A stretch of 64,000 nt of DNA from positions 160,001 through 224,000 of IMG/VR virus record IMGVR_UViG_3300029288_000056. The stretch is one strand, 5' to 3'. The first letter of the stretch is position 1; each line of letters opens with the position of its first letter. The translations under genes and the position numbers were made by a program. This document shows, piece after piece, positions 30,038-41,740 of the stretch. This DNA comes from a virus (Duplodnaviria > Caudoviricetes). The notes beneath the pieces are model-generated. The model saw nothing but the letters and a program-made list of their open reading frames with translations, made no database searches and was not told where the DNA came from.

Positions 30038-31038
30038 GTAGTCACCTTATTTGCTATTTTTTCTCTAACCTTTGCTTCGATCTCGTCGGAAATGTCTGGG
30101 TGTTCCTCTAACCATTCCTTGGTTTTTTCAATCCCATGGCCTATTCTCGTTTCCCCGTAACTGTACCACGTTCCTGATTTGTCCACAATCTTATATTCAA
30201 CACCAAGCTCTATGATCTCCCCTAACTTACTGATACCTTTTCCATACACGATATCGAACTCCGTCGTTTGAAACGGAATGGCTAGCTTGTTCTTTGCGAT
30301 CTTAACTTTGGTCCTTCCGCCGGAAATTGTGTCTCCCGTAGTTATCTGCCCTGTTCTACGAATATCAATACGGACAGATGCATAGAACTTAAGTGCGCGC
30401 CCTCCTGTCGTTACGGTTGGATCACCATACATGACGCCGATCTTCTCGCGCAATTGGTTAATGAAGATACAGCAGGTATTTGTCTTACTGATAACGAACG
30501 TGAGTTTCCTTAAGGCCTGAGACATAAGTCTTGCATGAAGGCCCATGTGTGAGTCACCGAAGTCTCCCTCAATCTCAGCCTTAGGAACCAAAGCTGCTAC
30601 CGAGTCAATAACAATAACATCAAAGGACTTGGATTTAATCAAAGACTCCACAATACCTAAAGCTTGCTCTCCAGAGTCAGGTTGAGACACGTAAAGCTTA
30701 GTAACGTCAACCCCTAGAGCTTGAGCATAGGGAATCGAAAGCGCATTTTCTACGTCGATGAAGGCTGCGTATCCACCATTTTTTTGAGCGTTAGCAATGA
30801 TGTGAAGGCTTAGAGTCGTCTTACCTGATGCGTCAGGCCCGAATATTTCAACTATTCTTCCCCTAGGGACGCCACCTATGCCTAAGGCGTTATCCAGACC
30901 AATACTGCCGGTACTGATAACATCGACGTCTTTGGTTACTTGAGACTCACCCATATACATAACAGAGCCTTTACCATAATTCTTTTCTAATGCTTCAATT
31001 GCGTCTTGTATTGCTTTAAATTTTTCACTGTCTTCCAT
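30034..31038 (-). CDS. recA: recombinase A
   Basis: [37 protein letters not shown]. Confidence 0.97.
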   Translation of the reverse strand: MEDSEKFKAIQDAIEALEKNYGKGSVMYMGESQVTKDVDVISTGSIGLDNALGIGGVPRGRIVEIFGPDASGKTTLSLHIIANAQKNGGYAAFIDVENALSIPYAQALGVDVTKLYVSQPDSGEQALGIVESLIKSKSFDVIVIDSVAALVPKAEIEGDFGDSHMGLHARLMSQALRKLTFVISKTNTCCIFINQLREKIGVMYGDPTVTTGGRALKFYASVRIDIRRTGQITTGDTISGGRTKVKIAKNKLAIPFQTTEFDIVYGKGISKLGEIIELGVEYKIVDKSGTWYSYGETRIGHGIEKTKEWLEEHPDISDEIEAKVREKIANKVTT

Positions 31039-31978
31039 TTTTATTCTCCTATTTTTATATGCGGTCCAAATATATATCTGTGCCGGGATACTTGTTTCTT
31101 AGTTCTTCGTCCTTCTCCCACCAATATTCTTCGTAAAACTTATCTTCAATTTCTCTTTCTTTTTCCCACTCTTTTTCATCCCATTCTTTTCTGTCTTCCT
31201 CGTCATTTGCATATCTTATATTTAGCTCAATGTGTCCGCACTCTGGATCACTATGTAGACTGATCTCAATTTTTCTAACGCCGAAGTATTCCTTAATCTT
31301 CTCTATAACGGGCTTCAGGTCGTCCACCAGACCTCTGCGCATCATCAGGTACTCTACAAGCTCTTCTTTTGTCATAACAATCCAACATGACTCTGGCGGA
31401 ACGATTTTGTCACTTAAGAACTCGCGAACCTTAGCTAGTTCCTTTTTACTGTTCTCGAGTATTTCACTATCTTCGTCAGACTTTACAGAATAGAACATTC
31501 TCTCAAAAACGCTTAGGCGATACTCATCCCAAGTCATGTCATAACGCCCAAAATCTATTTCTTTGATATGATTAAACTCATCCTCATCACACAAGTCGTC
31601 AGATGATTGCCCCCAAAGAACGTATTCACCATCTTCATCCTTCATGTAAAAAAGTTCACACAACTCTACATCACCGGATAAGTGCTGTACAAAGGCATAC
31701 ATCCAATGATGCTCTAGTTCACGGAACTCACTGGCATTATGCAGTAGGTCTCTCTCGTCATAAACCTTAATAAAAACGCTCATGTTTTCTCCGTATCTGT
31801 TAAGTCTTTATTCTCTTCCTCTAACTTCCTCCAAGAACCATGCATATGCTCTCTTAAATTCAGGAAGGGATTTTCGTTATCTCCGCTACCCCAACATTTA
31901 TCACAGATACAAGGTCTTATAACATTATAGAACGCCGTCCAAATACTATTATTAAAATAGTATAATTCTCCCATACCG

Positions 31979-32563
31979 TTACATTTTAGACAAGTCATTT
32001 GGTGCCCAACAAAATGCTACGTGAGTATTCTTAACGTGGAAGATCTCAAGGTTTTGGCTTAGGAGGTTTACCGCTCGGGTCACACCGTCGATCTCAGTGT
32101 AGTCGTGCCAAATAATCAGCCCATCCTTAGGCCTTAATGATTGTAACGCTAGCACAGAATCCACAAGGCATTGCTCATAACTGTGGCCACCGTCTACCAA
32201 TACAACGGCCTGCAAAATCATATCATAGAGTCGTGAAGAATCGCACCAAAGTTGGCGTATATTGGGCGCGGTGTACAGTTTGTTCTCGCGATTAGGGTAG
32301 CTATCCCCGGGACTAAACGGTATTAACGGTTTAACGTCGGACGGAATGTCAGTCGTGAGAATGTGAACTTCTGGAAAATTGATAGCTATATTTTGCGCGG
32401 TGATTCCACGAAAAGTCCCTATCTCGAGAAGGCGCTTCAGATCCTTAACTTTACTCAGGAGCGTGAGCACAACCAGTAAATCGTTTCCCGGCATATCTCC
32501 GCTAATGGGCTCAAATTCAACCGTCTTAAATTCTCCCACTTCAATTTCAGTTTCTTTTACCAT
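31979..32563 (-). CDS. class I SAM-dependent methyltransferase (Methyltransf_24-like)
   Basis: LEIGTFRG, VDGGHSYE, IIWHDY. Confidence 0.8.
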   Translation of the reverse strand: MVKETEIEVGEFKTVEFEPISGDMPGNDLLVVLTLLSKVKDLKRLLEIGTFRGITAQNIAINFPEVHILTTDIPSDVKPLIPFSPGDSYPNRENKLYTAPNIRQLWCDSSRLYDMILQAVVLVDGGHSYEQCLVDSVLALQSLRPKDGLIIWHDYTEIDGVTRAVNLLSQNLEIFHVKNTHVAFCWAPNDLSKM

Positions 32564-33570
32564 TATTCCTCTTTCATATCTCCCATAAAGTCTTGTGCCA
32601 TCTCATGAACGATAAGTCTTCGCTCATGAAGAACGATCTCTGATTGGAATATAGAGCTATATGTCTTACCCACGACCTGCTTGATAACCTCGTCTATCAG
32701 ATTACTCAGTTGCTTGCCTGAGGAGATGTTCTTCTCAAACCAATCTACCTCTAGGGAATAGCAGTGCACCATAAAGTTTCCGTCTTGCATCCAAATATCA
32801 AAACGGAAACCGTTATCCTCCATAACTTTTTTGTTATGCGCGGTCCACTTATTGAGGTTCTTTAGCCCCTGTTCTATCGATTGCATAGCTCTCCTTGTAG
32901 TAACAAACTTTCACAATCTTCGTCCCATATAATTCAAAAATAATTACCACCAATATGAGGGCTATCTTGGCTAGATTAACTAGCCTTGATACCCTCTTAC
33001 TGTAGGGTGGTGACGGGTGAAGCTTCATACAGGACTTTGTATAATAGCCGTTCGTGGGTCTGAGTAAGTGCAGCCCATCATAACGCACACCATAATTATA
33101 GCAAACGCCGCAAAAAGGATCGGCACAAGCGAGTCATGCCAGATTTTATCATCTACTGGGTGGGCGATAATACAAGCAAAGAACTTGGCGAGAGTGAATA
33201 ATCCACCCGCGATAATGATCATAATAACTAACGACACTAGTGTTGATATCATCTGCCACCTACCATTTGAAGTATTTAGTATTCTTGTCGGCCATTTCCA
33301 ATGTAATTTCTGTATGCTTCCACCTAGCTGATAGCATTATTGTCCACAATGCCACTTGCGGTATCATTGAATATATGAACACTATTATATTGGTTGGGGA
33401 TGGTAAAACCCAAACTATCCAAATGTTAATTAATGCCGCTACTACTGGTATCACTATCTGCCACCAATAACGACTGTCCCTAATATAAGGGAAGTCTGTT
33501 ATACTCCTTCGCCCGCTATCAGCTATTCCACTCATGATAAAGCCATTCATGTATCCCCTTAAGTAAAAGT

Positions 33571-33592
33571 GCGGCGGGGTTGCCCCCGCCGC
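33571..33592 (-). terminator. intrinsic terminator
   Basis: GCGGCGGGG-GCAA-CCCCGCCGC followed by ACTTTT. Confidence 0.7.
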
Positions 33593-33607
33593 TCATATCT
33601 TATGTTC

Positions 33608-34600
33608 TTATGCCGCTAAACCCGCTATCAGGTTTCCGCCAAGTCTCTGAAGAACTAGCATCCTGTTTTGGCTCTCAACTTCCTCGGACTTACGTGTAAC
33701 TGCATTGACTAGGTTGAAAACTGTTATGTTACTGTGACCCTCGTTTTGAGCCTCGTTGTTTATTCTCGTTTTGAAGTCCTCTAATTCCTTTCGCCCAATG
33801 AATCCGCGAAGGATGAAGCGATCAAGAACTCTATCAAGGTCACTGATCGATGTTGCCTTAGCCCAAATGATTCGTTCTGCGAGATAACCGTCTGCGTTGA
33901 ACGCTTTGCTAATCGCCACTATCATATTGTCGTAGATGATCTCGGTCGGTACCCCGCGGTGCCACTGATGATACTGATACTCCTCGGCCTGAAATCCAAA
34001 AATCATTCCGTTGGAGCAGATTGACCTGTAGTAGAATGGAACCACCGAGACTGCGTGGTCACCAATTTCGGAGTTGGCAATCAGAACTCCACCCTTAAAC
34101 GTCTCTCCTGCGATTTCTTTGGTGTTTGGTGTGAGAAGTTTAAAGTAAAACTTGTCTGGGCTGTATGTAACTGAGAAAGGAACGACACCCACGTTTGGGA
34201 GGACTCGGTCGAGAGCTTCTAACATAGGCTTGTTATCCATAATTGAATAACCCCCAGACAGAACCGCGCGCACACCTTCGTTGTCTGTTCTGAACAAAAG
34301 GTCCGCTCTGTTGCGTTCCATATTCCTGTAGACGTAGTTAAAGATGTCCGACTGAAGATTCACTGGAAGTCTACCGACAAACTTTGATTGCTTACAACCC
34401 GCCTTGAAGCAGAGTTGCGTAAAGGCGTGATCCGTAAAGCCGTAAGTACCACTGTCTAAACCCTGAACAGCCAAGCTTGTGCCATCACCCAAAAAGGTGA
34501 GCTGGTCTCCTTGCTGCCTGATGTCCTGATAGCCCCGATGGGACTCGTCCATGAGAGTTACTAACTCTGATGGGTTAAACGTTCTTGTTTTTAGACTCAT
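33608..34600 (-). CDS. DUF932-like phage protein
   Basis: RAVLS..Y..DN, NSEIG, YRSICSNG, H.G, NAVT. Confidence 0.7.
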   Translation of the reverse strand: MSLKTRTFNPSELVTLMDESHRGYQDIRQQGDQLTFLGDGTSLAVQGLDSGTYGFTDHAFTQLCFKAGCKQSKFVGRLPVNLQSDIFNYVYRNMERNRADLLFRTDNEGVRAVLSGGYSIMDNKPMLEALDRVLPNVGVVPFSVTYSPDKFYFKLLTPNTKEIAGETFKGGVLIANSEIGDHAVSVVPFYYRSICSNGMIFGFQAEEYQYHQWHRGVPTEIIYDNMIVAISKAFNADGYLAERIIWAKATSISDLDRVLDRFILRGFIGRKELEDFKTRINNEAQNEGHSNITVFNLVNAVTRKSEEVESQNRMLVLQRLGGNLIAGLAA

Positions 34601-34619
34601 TTTCATCTCCTTTAACGAC

Positions 34620-34648
34620 ACTGTAACATATACAAAACAAAAAGTCAA
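34620..34648 (-). promoter_or_regulatory. sigma70-type promoter TTGACT-17-TACAGT
   Basis: Conserved motif copy. Confidence 0.78.
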
Positions 34649-35209
34649 GCATTATTTTACGCTCCATAAATCCTGTAGATTTGTAGTATACTCCCGTGTT
34701 CCGCATATATCGCACTCGAGATAAGGATCGTGTCTTTTCCATTCCTGATACCAATAAGCAGGGATCATAAATACCTGCTCGCTGCCGCAGTTGGGACAAC
34801 TTTTACCCGGGTAATACTGAACAACTTTTTTCTTCTTCCCAAATATACTCATTTAGTCTCCTTTAGACGTGCCATTCTCCAATATTATTCATGGCTTTAG
34901 TTATTTCGTCATCATCAACATACTGTAATAGAACCCGGCAAGCCCTCTCATGCTGTTTGCTACCATCACGGACATAACTATTCAACTTCTCCATAAGTAT
35001 TTCTTTATCCCTACTTTTATCTTTGGGTGGATTAAAATCAATTTGCAAGATACCACCCCAAAGAAAAGCATTTGCCACAAAAAAAGCGGTAAGTAAATCA
35101 CCCATTATAGCTAGTACACCAAAACATGTCGCGGAATACAATAACTGTTTTAAAACAGAATACCATACTTCACTCATTTCTTCCCCCTTTCGTTCATTTT
35201 TACCCTATT

Positions 35210-35785
35210 TTATAAATGCATAATATCCTTATATATCATCATTGCTAATACAACAGAGTGGCCCATTATCCGGCTACTGTCCTCAACTACCTCTTCAAAA
35301 GATAAGTCCCCAATATCGTATCCGTCAAAATCAAATAAACAGACGTCTTGTTCTTGCACAAGCTTTTGGAGTTGTTTAAAGGCCTCAGTTTCTTTTGCGG
35401 CCTTTACGTACAAAGGAATATAAATCCGTCGGCGCGCTGTGATGTAGCCTAGTTTCTCCCCATCCCAATAAGAGTAAAGGGGCTTAACGCCTTTGCCCAT
35501 TGTGTAACGAACCGCTCGCGGGTTACTCCATCCTTTTTGTGCCCATTCAAAATACTTTTGGGTAGGATCTCCATTTTCGTCTGCGAATTGAGGATAGACC
35601 TTACAGTATTGCCAAGCATTTTCCATCGTCTCTGACACGCGTCCGCCATAAAGCTCAACAGGCCCTAGAAGAAAAGGACTAAGTTGCCGCATACAATCCG
35701 TAGCATGAGACGTAACATCTATAACCCTAAAACCCTCCGGTACTTTGTCGCGTGGGCCGATGATTTTAATCATTTTCGTTAACAT
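35210..35785 (-). CDS. NADAR-like protein
   Basis: LSPF, ENAWQYCKV, ARRRIYIPLY and GHS pattern; family assignment tentative. Confidence 0.5.
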   Translation of the reverse strand: MLTKMIKIIGPRDKVPEGFRVIDVTSHATDCMRQLSPFLLGPVELYGGRVSETMENAWQYCKVYPQFADENGDPTQKYFEWAQKGWSNPRAVRYTMGKGVKPLYSYWDGEKLGYITARRRIYIPLYVKAAKETEAFKQLQKLVQEQDVCLFDFDGYDIGDLSFEEVVEDSSRIMGHSVVLAMMIYKDIMHL

Positions 35786-36038
35786 TCTCTACAAAGTTGA
35801 TTCTATCTATGTCGACCGACACGAGCTTAGGTGTCATCTTACCATGTAGATGTTGACCCGGCTTTATGTTAATGGCGTCCCAGTAACCGATTGCATAGTT
35901 GCCCTTTGACGTTATCAGTACCATACAGCCTTTCGCCGGATACAACCCAGCCGCTATACCGAGATCGGTTCTAGATGGAGTAACCGTTTGGCTTGCGCAA
36001 CCTAGCGCTAAGAGTAAGATAAGTAATAGTTTTTTCAT
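35766..36038 (-). CDS. predicted lipoprotein, DLG/TxxGNY family
   Basis: Lipobox-like LALGC; RTDLGI, LITSKGNY. Confidence 0.6.
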   Translation of the reverse strand: MKKLLLILLLALGCASQTVTPSRTDLGIAAGLYPAKGCMVLITSKGNYAIGYWDAINIKPGQHLHGKMTPKLVSVDIDRINFVENVNEND

Positions 36039-37336
36039 TCTGTGACCTCTTTTTCTTCAATTGTTTCAAGTGGGCAATCTTCTATTTCCCTATAGTATCC
36101 ACCTTCAAAGTCGCATTCAATTCCTTGACCTTTCCTTGTGGGGTAACTACATTTACATTCATAACTATCATCACCATAAAATGGACATTTCTTAAACCCT
36201 TCATATCTACAATCAGGGTCAGCAACGTCATCACTATAGTGATCTTTAATTTCCTTCACATCAAAAATATATTCATTACCGTCAATCACGGTACGCTTAA
36301 TTATGACGTTATAACATTCAAAAAGTAGTCTAACGCCCTCATCCGGTACAGCTTCAAAGACTTGATTATTATATTGAAATCTCTGACGCTTTTGAGTTTT
36401 ATTCGCCCTCCATTGTGCCCATTGTTTTGAATAAGATACGCCGCAACCACGAGGGGATAAAAGATCAAATTCTTCTATCCTATCCTCTGCTATTTTAAAA
36501 ACACGTTCAAATATATCATTCTCGGTTGGCCGGTTGCACTGTGGACACTTCTCACCATTAGTCTCTGCTGTATACCCGCAAAAACTACATACGTATATTG
36601 TCTTTTCTTTCACCTAACATCTCCCACTACGTTCTTGGTCTCGTTGTAATAGACTTCATAGGTCTTACCGGGCACCAACTTGACATAGGCGCTATTACGA
36701 ATGAAGTAGCCTCGCTCCGAGAAGGTTACGGCATGCTCCGTTGAGTAGGTGAGGTTAAGCTCTGCCGGGTTTCTCAACTCACCATTATCCTTCAGATAGG
36801 TGCCGGCGTAAACCCAAGAGCACTTATCATTTGTCTGTTTGTGACCGCAACTAATCAGACAAAGTATCAGTAGTATTACGCATAGGTACTTCATTTTGAT
36901 CCTCCAAAGGTTGAAAGTGCCCGTCATATTCCTCAACTAAGTGGTTAATTTTGTATCTGAGACGCTCGCGTTCTGCGATAAGTTTAGGGTCTTCTTCTAA
37001 GGATTTAACCCAAGGCCCATCGTGAAATTCCTGTAATTCACAACTATAATTAGGTTCCACAACTATACGCATAGGACATTTGTATATGCGCGCACTTAAC
37101 AATAAGGTTCCACTCCTACTTTTAATACGGAGTATCCAATCATCCTCATTGTATTTTCTGTTATTTTCACGACTTATGATAACAGGCCAAATATTCGAAA
37201 GCTCCACCTTATTATACCCATTAGCTTGTAGTATATTCGCCGCTTTCTTAGCGACGAGCAACCCCTTGGCTTTAATCTCTTTGTTTCTCGCCTCGAGCTT
37301 ATCAACTTCCTCTTTGAGTTCCTCTAACATTATCCC

Positions 37337-38395
37337 TCACTTTACTATGTATTCGTCTCCGGAACCGAATTTCTGAAGCTCTCTCACTAATGAAGAGCTC
37401 ACATGATTAAGATCGTTATCGCAGAAGAAGTAGACTGGATTCGTGACGCCATTTCTACAAAGGTAGTCGCTCATATTCTTCTCCGCCTGTAGGTCGGAAA
37501 TGTTGCGCAGCCCTCGAATCAACCGATAGGTGATTCCGGTGCCACGAGCGTCAAGCTTAAGTTTGTCCATAAAATCAACTAACAGGCCGTCAAATTCGGT
37601 ACAGTAGTGTTGGCTCTTGACCTTCTCGGGTGGAAACGGAAACTGCTGGTCTTCCTTTGCCCTAACTACCATAACCTCGTCAAATACGTCACTGGCTTGC
37701 TCAAGTATGTTGAGATGGCCGATGTGGAACGGATTGAACGATCCCACGTAAACACCTACGTTCTTAGGCCGAATTATGTAAGATGCTTGCGCTATAATCC
37801 CTTCACATATCTTGGTCTGCATCGTGGGGTTAAATTTTTCCCAACCCTTATCAACACTCAGCCTGTTGTACAATCCGTCCAAGAACTGTATTCTAGCCTT
37901 CCAATATTCGTCGTACCTTACGTCTAGATGCTCAGCTCTGATATTCTGCTCGGTGATGTAAAAGGTGTGTTCAGTAAAACCGATAAGATCGTAAAGACAG
38001 ATCACATACATGATCGTCTGGTCTTCTGGATTCTCCGTGTAACAAGGTAGCGCGCTTGGCGTGTGTTCTTGAGTTGCCAGAATACATCTGACTGCCGATT
38101 TCACAACAGGATCATCAAAGTCTTTGGCGTGTTCCAAGAGAAACGCCGCGGATTTAATTTCCGCTTCCGCACCAATTATAACGTCGTGAAAGAGAATAGC
38201 CAAACGCAGAGCTTCGTCTTCCTTTTCCATAACAGGAAACGCCATATTGATGTGAGTCTCAAGCATGTGAGCTATGTGATTATTGTTGTGGTATACCCTA
38301 CCCGGAGCCTTGTATAAGTCCACAAGGTCGCTCCAACTAATATTGGTATACTTTTTTAGTATATCGTAGGTCTTTTCATTTTCTTGAAAATTCAT
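37337..38395 (-). CDS. HD-domain / CoaD-like (HIGH nucleotidyltransferase) fusion
   Basis: N-terminal YH...H, FHD; C-terminal YVGSFNPFHIGH, IRGLR, VSSSLVRE. Confidence 0.85.
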   Translation of the reverse strand: MNFQENEKTYDILKKYTNISWSDLVDLYKAPGRVYHNNNHIAHMLETHINMAFPVMEKEDEALRLAILFHDVIIGAEAEIKSAAFLLEHAKDFDDPVVKSAVRCILATQEHTPSALPCYTENPEDQTIMYVICLYDLIGFTEHTFYITEQNIRAEHLDVRYDEYWKARIQFLDGLYNRLSVDKGWEKFNPTMQTKICEGIIAQASYIIRPKNVGVYVGSFNPFHIGHLNILEQASDVFDEVMVVRAKEDQQFPFPPEKVKSQHYCTEFDGLLVDFMDKLKLDARGTGITYRLIRGLRNISDLQAEKNMSDYLCRNGVTNPVYFFCDNDLNHVSSSLVRELQKFGSGDEYIVK

Positions 38396-38508
38396 TATAG
38401 CCCCCATATCCAAGGTCTGATAACAAACCACCAAAGAGAAAAGAAGGCCCAGAAGAAAATAGCCCCACTTATAATATATGCTATCCATTGTTTCCAAGTC
38501 CAGCCCAT
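38395..38508 (-). CDS. 37-aa Trp-rich membrane peptide (not in ORF track)
   Basis: AGGAGG SD after the promoter; MGWTWKQWIAYIISGAIFFWAFFSLWWFVIRPWIWGL; TAATG coupling to the next gene. Confidence 0.6.
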   Translation of the reverse strand: MGWTWKQWIAYIISGAIFFWAFFSLWWFVIRPWIWGL

Positions 38509-38525
38509 TTTATCCTCCTAAAGTC

Positions 38526-38554
38526 AGTCTAACACACTCCATCCCAAAAGTCAA
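38526..38554 (-). promoter_or_regulatory. sigma70-type promoter TTGACT-17-TAGACT
   Basis: Conserved motif copy. Confidence 0.78.
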
Positions 38555-38819
38555 GCGTTTTTACCATTCACTACATTCGGATTCAGGTATGTCAGGATTC
38601 AAATCGGGGTCAAGGATAGCGCTAATAATTTCCGTTAGTGGCTCGGTAAAGTAGCAAAACGAGGGGTAGTCCTCTTTAGTTTGTCTATCCTCTTTGCACA
38701 GTTCATGAATAATGCATTTATCACAACCCTTACCATCAACCCATGCTACGGCGTTATCCAGTCTTGCCAAGACCTCTTGTTTTGTAAATAGTTTTTCCAT
38801 TTTATCTCCTAAGTTAAGC

Positions 38820-38849
38820 AAAAAAATGGGGGCCCGTTAAGAGCCCCCA
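38820..38849 (-). terminator. intrinsic terminator
   Basis: TGGGGGC/GCCCCCA stem and T-run after the XRE gene. Confidence 0.7.
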
Positions 38850-38854
38850 ATGCT

Positions 38855-39277
38855 TTAGCGGCCTTCGCCCCAGATAAAGTCGTAGCTTACGTTGAAGTAG
38901 TTAGCCAAAGTGATGGCAGTCGTTACGCGGGGCTTATGCTTGTTTTGCTCTATTCTGTAAAGAGCGCTGCAATCTATACCGATTTCCTTTGACAGTCGGT
39001 TGATTGTAATACCTTTTGCGCGCCGTAGTCCCCAAAGAATGTCGCCTACGGTGAGTTTGCTTGATGGCTTTGGAACACACATACCGTTAGCAATGCTATT
39101 CGGTTCCAAATTGAAGAACCTCGCCAGTTTTTGAGCAACTTGGCTACGTGGTTTCTTGGTCTTTCCTCTTTCAATTGCACTTACATGCTCTTGGGAAATA
39201 CCAATCATCTCCGCCAACCGCTCCTGAGACATTTTGGTCTCTTTCCGATAGCCACGAACGACCTGTCCTAATTTCAT
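38855..39277 (-). CDS. tandem XRE-family HTH regulator
   Basis: Two HTH_3-like repeats (MSQERLAEMIGIS...IERG; ITINRLSKEIGID...IEQN). Confidence 0.9.
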   Translation of the reverse strand: MKLGQVVRGYRKETKMSQERLAEMIGISQEHVSAIERGKTKKPRSQVAQKLARFFNLEPNSIANGMCVPKPSSKLTVGDILWGLRRAKGITINRLSKEIGIDCSALYRIEQNKHKPRVTTAITLANYFNVSYDFIWGEGR

Positions 39278-39278
39278 A

Positions 39279-40385
39279 CTACTCTCCTTTTGGTTGCCTA
39301 GCCATTTTCCAAACGAGCATATTCTCGTCTGGCTCTATCATTTTCCAAATAGCCTTATCATAAGGCCTATTATCTAACATTAAGAAGGCGAGAGCTCTGT
39401 AAGGGCTGTCCGCCATGTAAGCTGCGAATTCTTTTCGAGATTGAGCTTGAGTCTTACCGAGCTTAAATTCGTATTTCTCAAACAGTTCCTTCGCCGCCGT
39501 CTCGATTTCGTTGTACTTGGCTTGAAAGTCGTCGATCAGTTTCTTAATAACTTCATACTGCTCGTCCGGCATTCTCTCAAGCAGATCGTCCCTATGCTCT
39601 CCAGCCATCATCCATTCCCAAATTCGCTTCGTGGTGACTGAGAACATACACTTATGCAGAGTCAGATAGTCCTCGAACTTAACTTTAACACGCAAACCGT
39701 CCGGGAATCTGATTACGAAGCCTTCCTCGTTCGGCGTATTGAGGCCTTTGAGTTCGTCGATACTGGTTACACCGTCAAGCCGTTCAACAACCGGGAAGCC
39801 CGCATCGTTGTTGGCCAACATCTCGTCATAGGTCAATTCCCGACCAGACTTGGTTTCGAACATGGTTATAAGGAACAGATCCTCAGTCTTCCCGTAGTCA
39901 AGTACTACTCGGTTTTCAGGGTAGATGATTTCAAAGAGATACGAGTAGTTCGGATTGAGCTTAGACGCGTCGTAACGCTTTATCATCTCATTAGCCTTAA
40001 CCGCTCGCTCGCCGTCAAAACAACCACGAGTAGCTATGTAGGGCTTTCCATCCAAGAAGTAGAGCGTTCCGAGAGAACCGTCCATCTTCTTGGTGATTTC
40101 AAAGTCTATCTTATTAGATACCTGCCGTATGAAGGACAGTCTTTGAGTAAGAGGTGGATTTTGAGACGCCATCTCCTCTATATTGAAGAATTTTTCGACG
40201 CATCTGGACACTATGTTGAAGTTCTTATCCACAATTAAGCCGCGGCAAGCTAAGGTAACTTCGTTCCAAACGCGGTCAAACTGAGTATCCGCAGTATAAT
40301 TGAGGATCCACAGCTCGGCGGTCGGGTGCTTACGTTTAATCACGTACCCTTTCCGCATCATTTCGTTTAGAAGATTAATGTCCAT
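39279..40385 (-). CDS. RNA ligase, T4 Rnl1-like
   Basis: NY, CRGLI, KFFN, motif I KMDGSLG, ATRG, FEII, EGFV, RVKVK. Confidence 0.92.
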   Translation of the reverse strand: MDINLLNEMMRKGYVIKRKHPTAELWILNYTADTQFDRVWNEVTLACRGLIVDKNFNIVSRCVEKFFNIEEMASQNPPLTQRLSFIRQVSNKIDFEITKKMDGSLGTLYFLDGKPYIATRGCFDGERAVKANEMIKRYDASKLNPNYSYLFEIIYPENRVVLDYGKTEDLFLITMFETKSGRELTYDEMLANNDAGFPVVERLDGVTSIDELKGLNTPNEEGFVIRFPDGLRVKVKFEDYLTLHKCMFSVTTKRIWEWMMAGEHRDDLLERMPDEQYEVIKKLIDDFQAKYNEIETAAKELFEKYEFKLGKTQAQSRKEFAAYMADSPYRALAFLMLDNRPYDKAIWKMIEPDENMLVWKMARQPKGE

Positions 40386-40391
40386 ATTGTA

Positions 40392-40419
40392 ATCCTATCA
40401 TACTTTCCCAGAAAGTCAA
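40392..40419 (-). promoter_or_regulatory. sigma70-type promoter TTGACT-16-TAGGAT, -10 box 6 nt from the ATG
   Basis: Conserved motif copy. Confidence 0.78.
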
Positions 40420-40706
40420 GCTTTATTTTGGTAAAGTTCCAAACTTCAATTCCGTAATTAAGGCTTTAACCATAATTACCTTATTATCGCCCTGACGGTC
40501 AACTCCTTGTATGGTGATTTCAACTACATCAGTTGAGTTGGCCGTTTGGATCAAGTTAATTGCTTCGTCGAAATTGAATGGCTTACGAATTCTGTCGGTT
40601 GCACCAGATGGAACTCGTCCAATAACAACTCTTTCGACACGATCTCCATTACCATCATGAGTATCAAGAAATATTTCTTCTGTTGACATCTCAACCCTTT
40701 CTACTA

Positions 40707-41147
40707 TCAAGCTTTATTTACGATAATTATCTTATCCTCAAGGTAAGTGTCAAGGATCTCCTTCACCGCGTTCCAGTCAAGGTTTCCAAGACCACAACCC
40801 AGCTTCGGAGAGCAGATAAACGGTTTAATCCCAAGCCAAGACTTTGTGATCCGCTGAAGTTCTTGCGCACTTCTATGAATCAGCGGATACTCCGAGTCGT
40901 TCTTCCAGTGATTCTTAGTCGGAAAGGTTATGACCCGTTGCTTTGGAAATACGTAGACTTGGTTGCCATCATGAGCTAGCGCGTTTCCTAGCATCATTCG
41001 TATTTCTGGAAACTTTATTGCCGCTTGAAGTGCCACGCCCGCACCCATTACGGCGCGGCCGTCTCGATCTGTATTTCCGTTAGTCGGGACCACGACCCAG
41101 TAACCCATGGCGTGAAGGTCCCAAATGTCTCCGTTAATCTCTTCCAT
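40707..41147 (-). CDS. macrodomain (ADP-ribose-processing) protein
   Basis: GDIW, TN, MGAGVA, FPTK.HW, PKLGCGLG.L.W. Confidence 0.9.
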   Translation of the reverse strand: MEEINGDIWDLHAMGYWVVVPTNGNTDRDGRAVMGAGVALQAAIKFPEIRMMLGNALAHDGNQVYVFPKQRVITFPTKNHWKNDSEYPLIHRSAQELQRITKSWLGIKPFICSPKLGCGLGNLDWNAVKEILDTYLEDKIIIVNKA

Positions 41148-41704
41148 TACTTCACATCTCCAATAACCGATTCAAATCTCGGTTTGTTGTTTAGGATCTT
41201 TTTAGCGATTTCTGTATGACTCTCTTGTTCATCGTCAACCACCGTCGCCAATATGTTCATGTCGGCCATACTAAAATAGTCCGGGCGGAAGTAGTGATAC
41301 CAGTTGGCCCGGATAAAACTTGAATGGTCGGGGTTGTATTGCTGAATGTATCCAGCTATCACAAACATGTAGTACAATTTGAACATGATCCTGTGATATC
41401 TGTGTTGTACTCTCACTTGTCTACTCTTCATAAACATGCGCTGAATGGCACGTCTGAAGAGCGAGGTCTTAAACTCAACTCCACCGAAAGCGCTGGAATA
41501 CAACTGATACCTCTTGCTGTATTCTTCGCTTTCTTTTAACTTATCTTCCAATCCAAACCATTCTTTCCTGTAGGCATCTGCTTGAGCCGACAGCTCGAGA
41601 ATAGCGGTTGGAAGGTCAAACTCATCCAACGACACACTTTTACTAATGGATTTAATTATCTTGTTAACGTTCATACCTTTCCTTTGTTTGTCAGCATTTT
41701 CTAT

Positions 41705-41733
41705 ACCTTAACATACTCTTTTAGAAAAGTCAA
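41705..41733 (-). promoter_or_regulatory. sigma70-type promoter TTGACT-17-TAAGGT
   Basis: Conserved motif copy. Confidence 0.7.
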
Positions 41734-41740
41734 GCACTTT

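Noticed and set aside
37337-38497. Membrane anchor at the N-terminus of the HD-CoaD fusion
   Set aside because: The extension overlaps the SD-supported 37-aa ORF in another frame; the likely start is 38395
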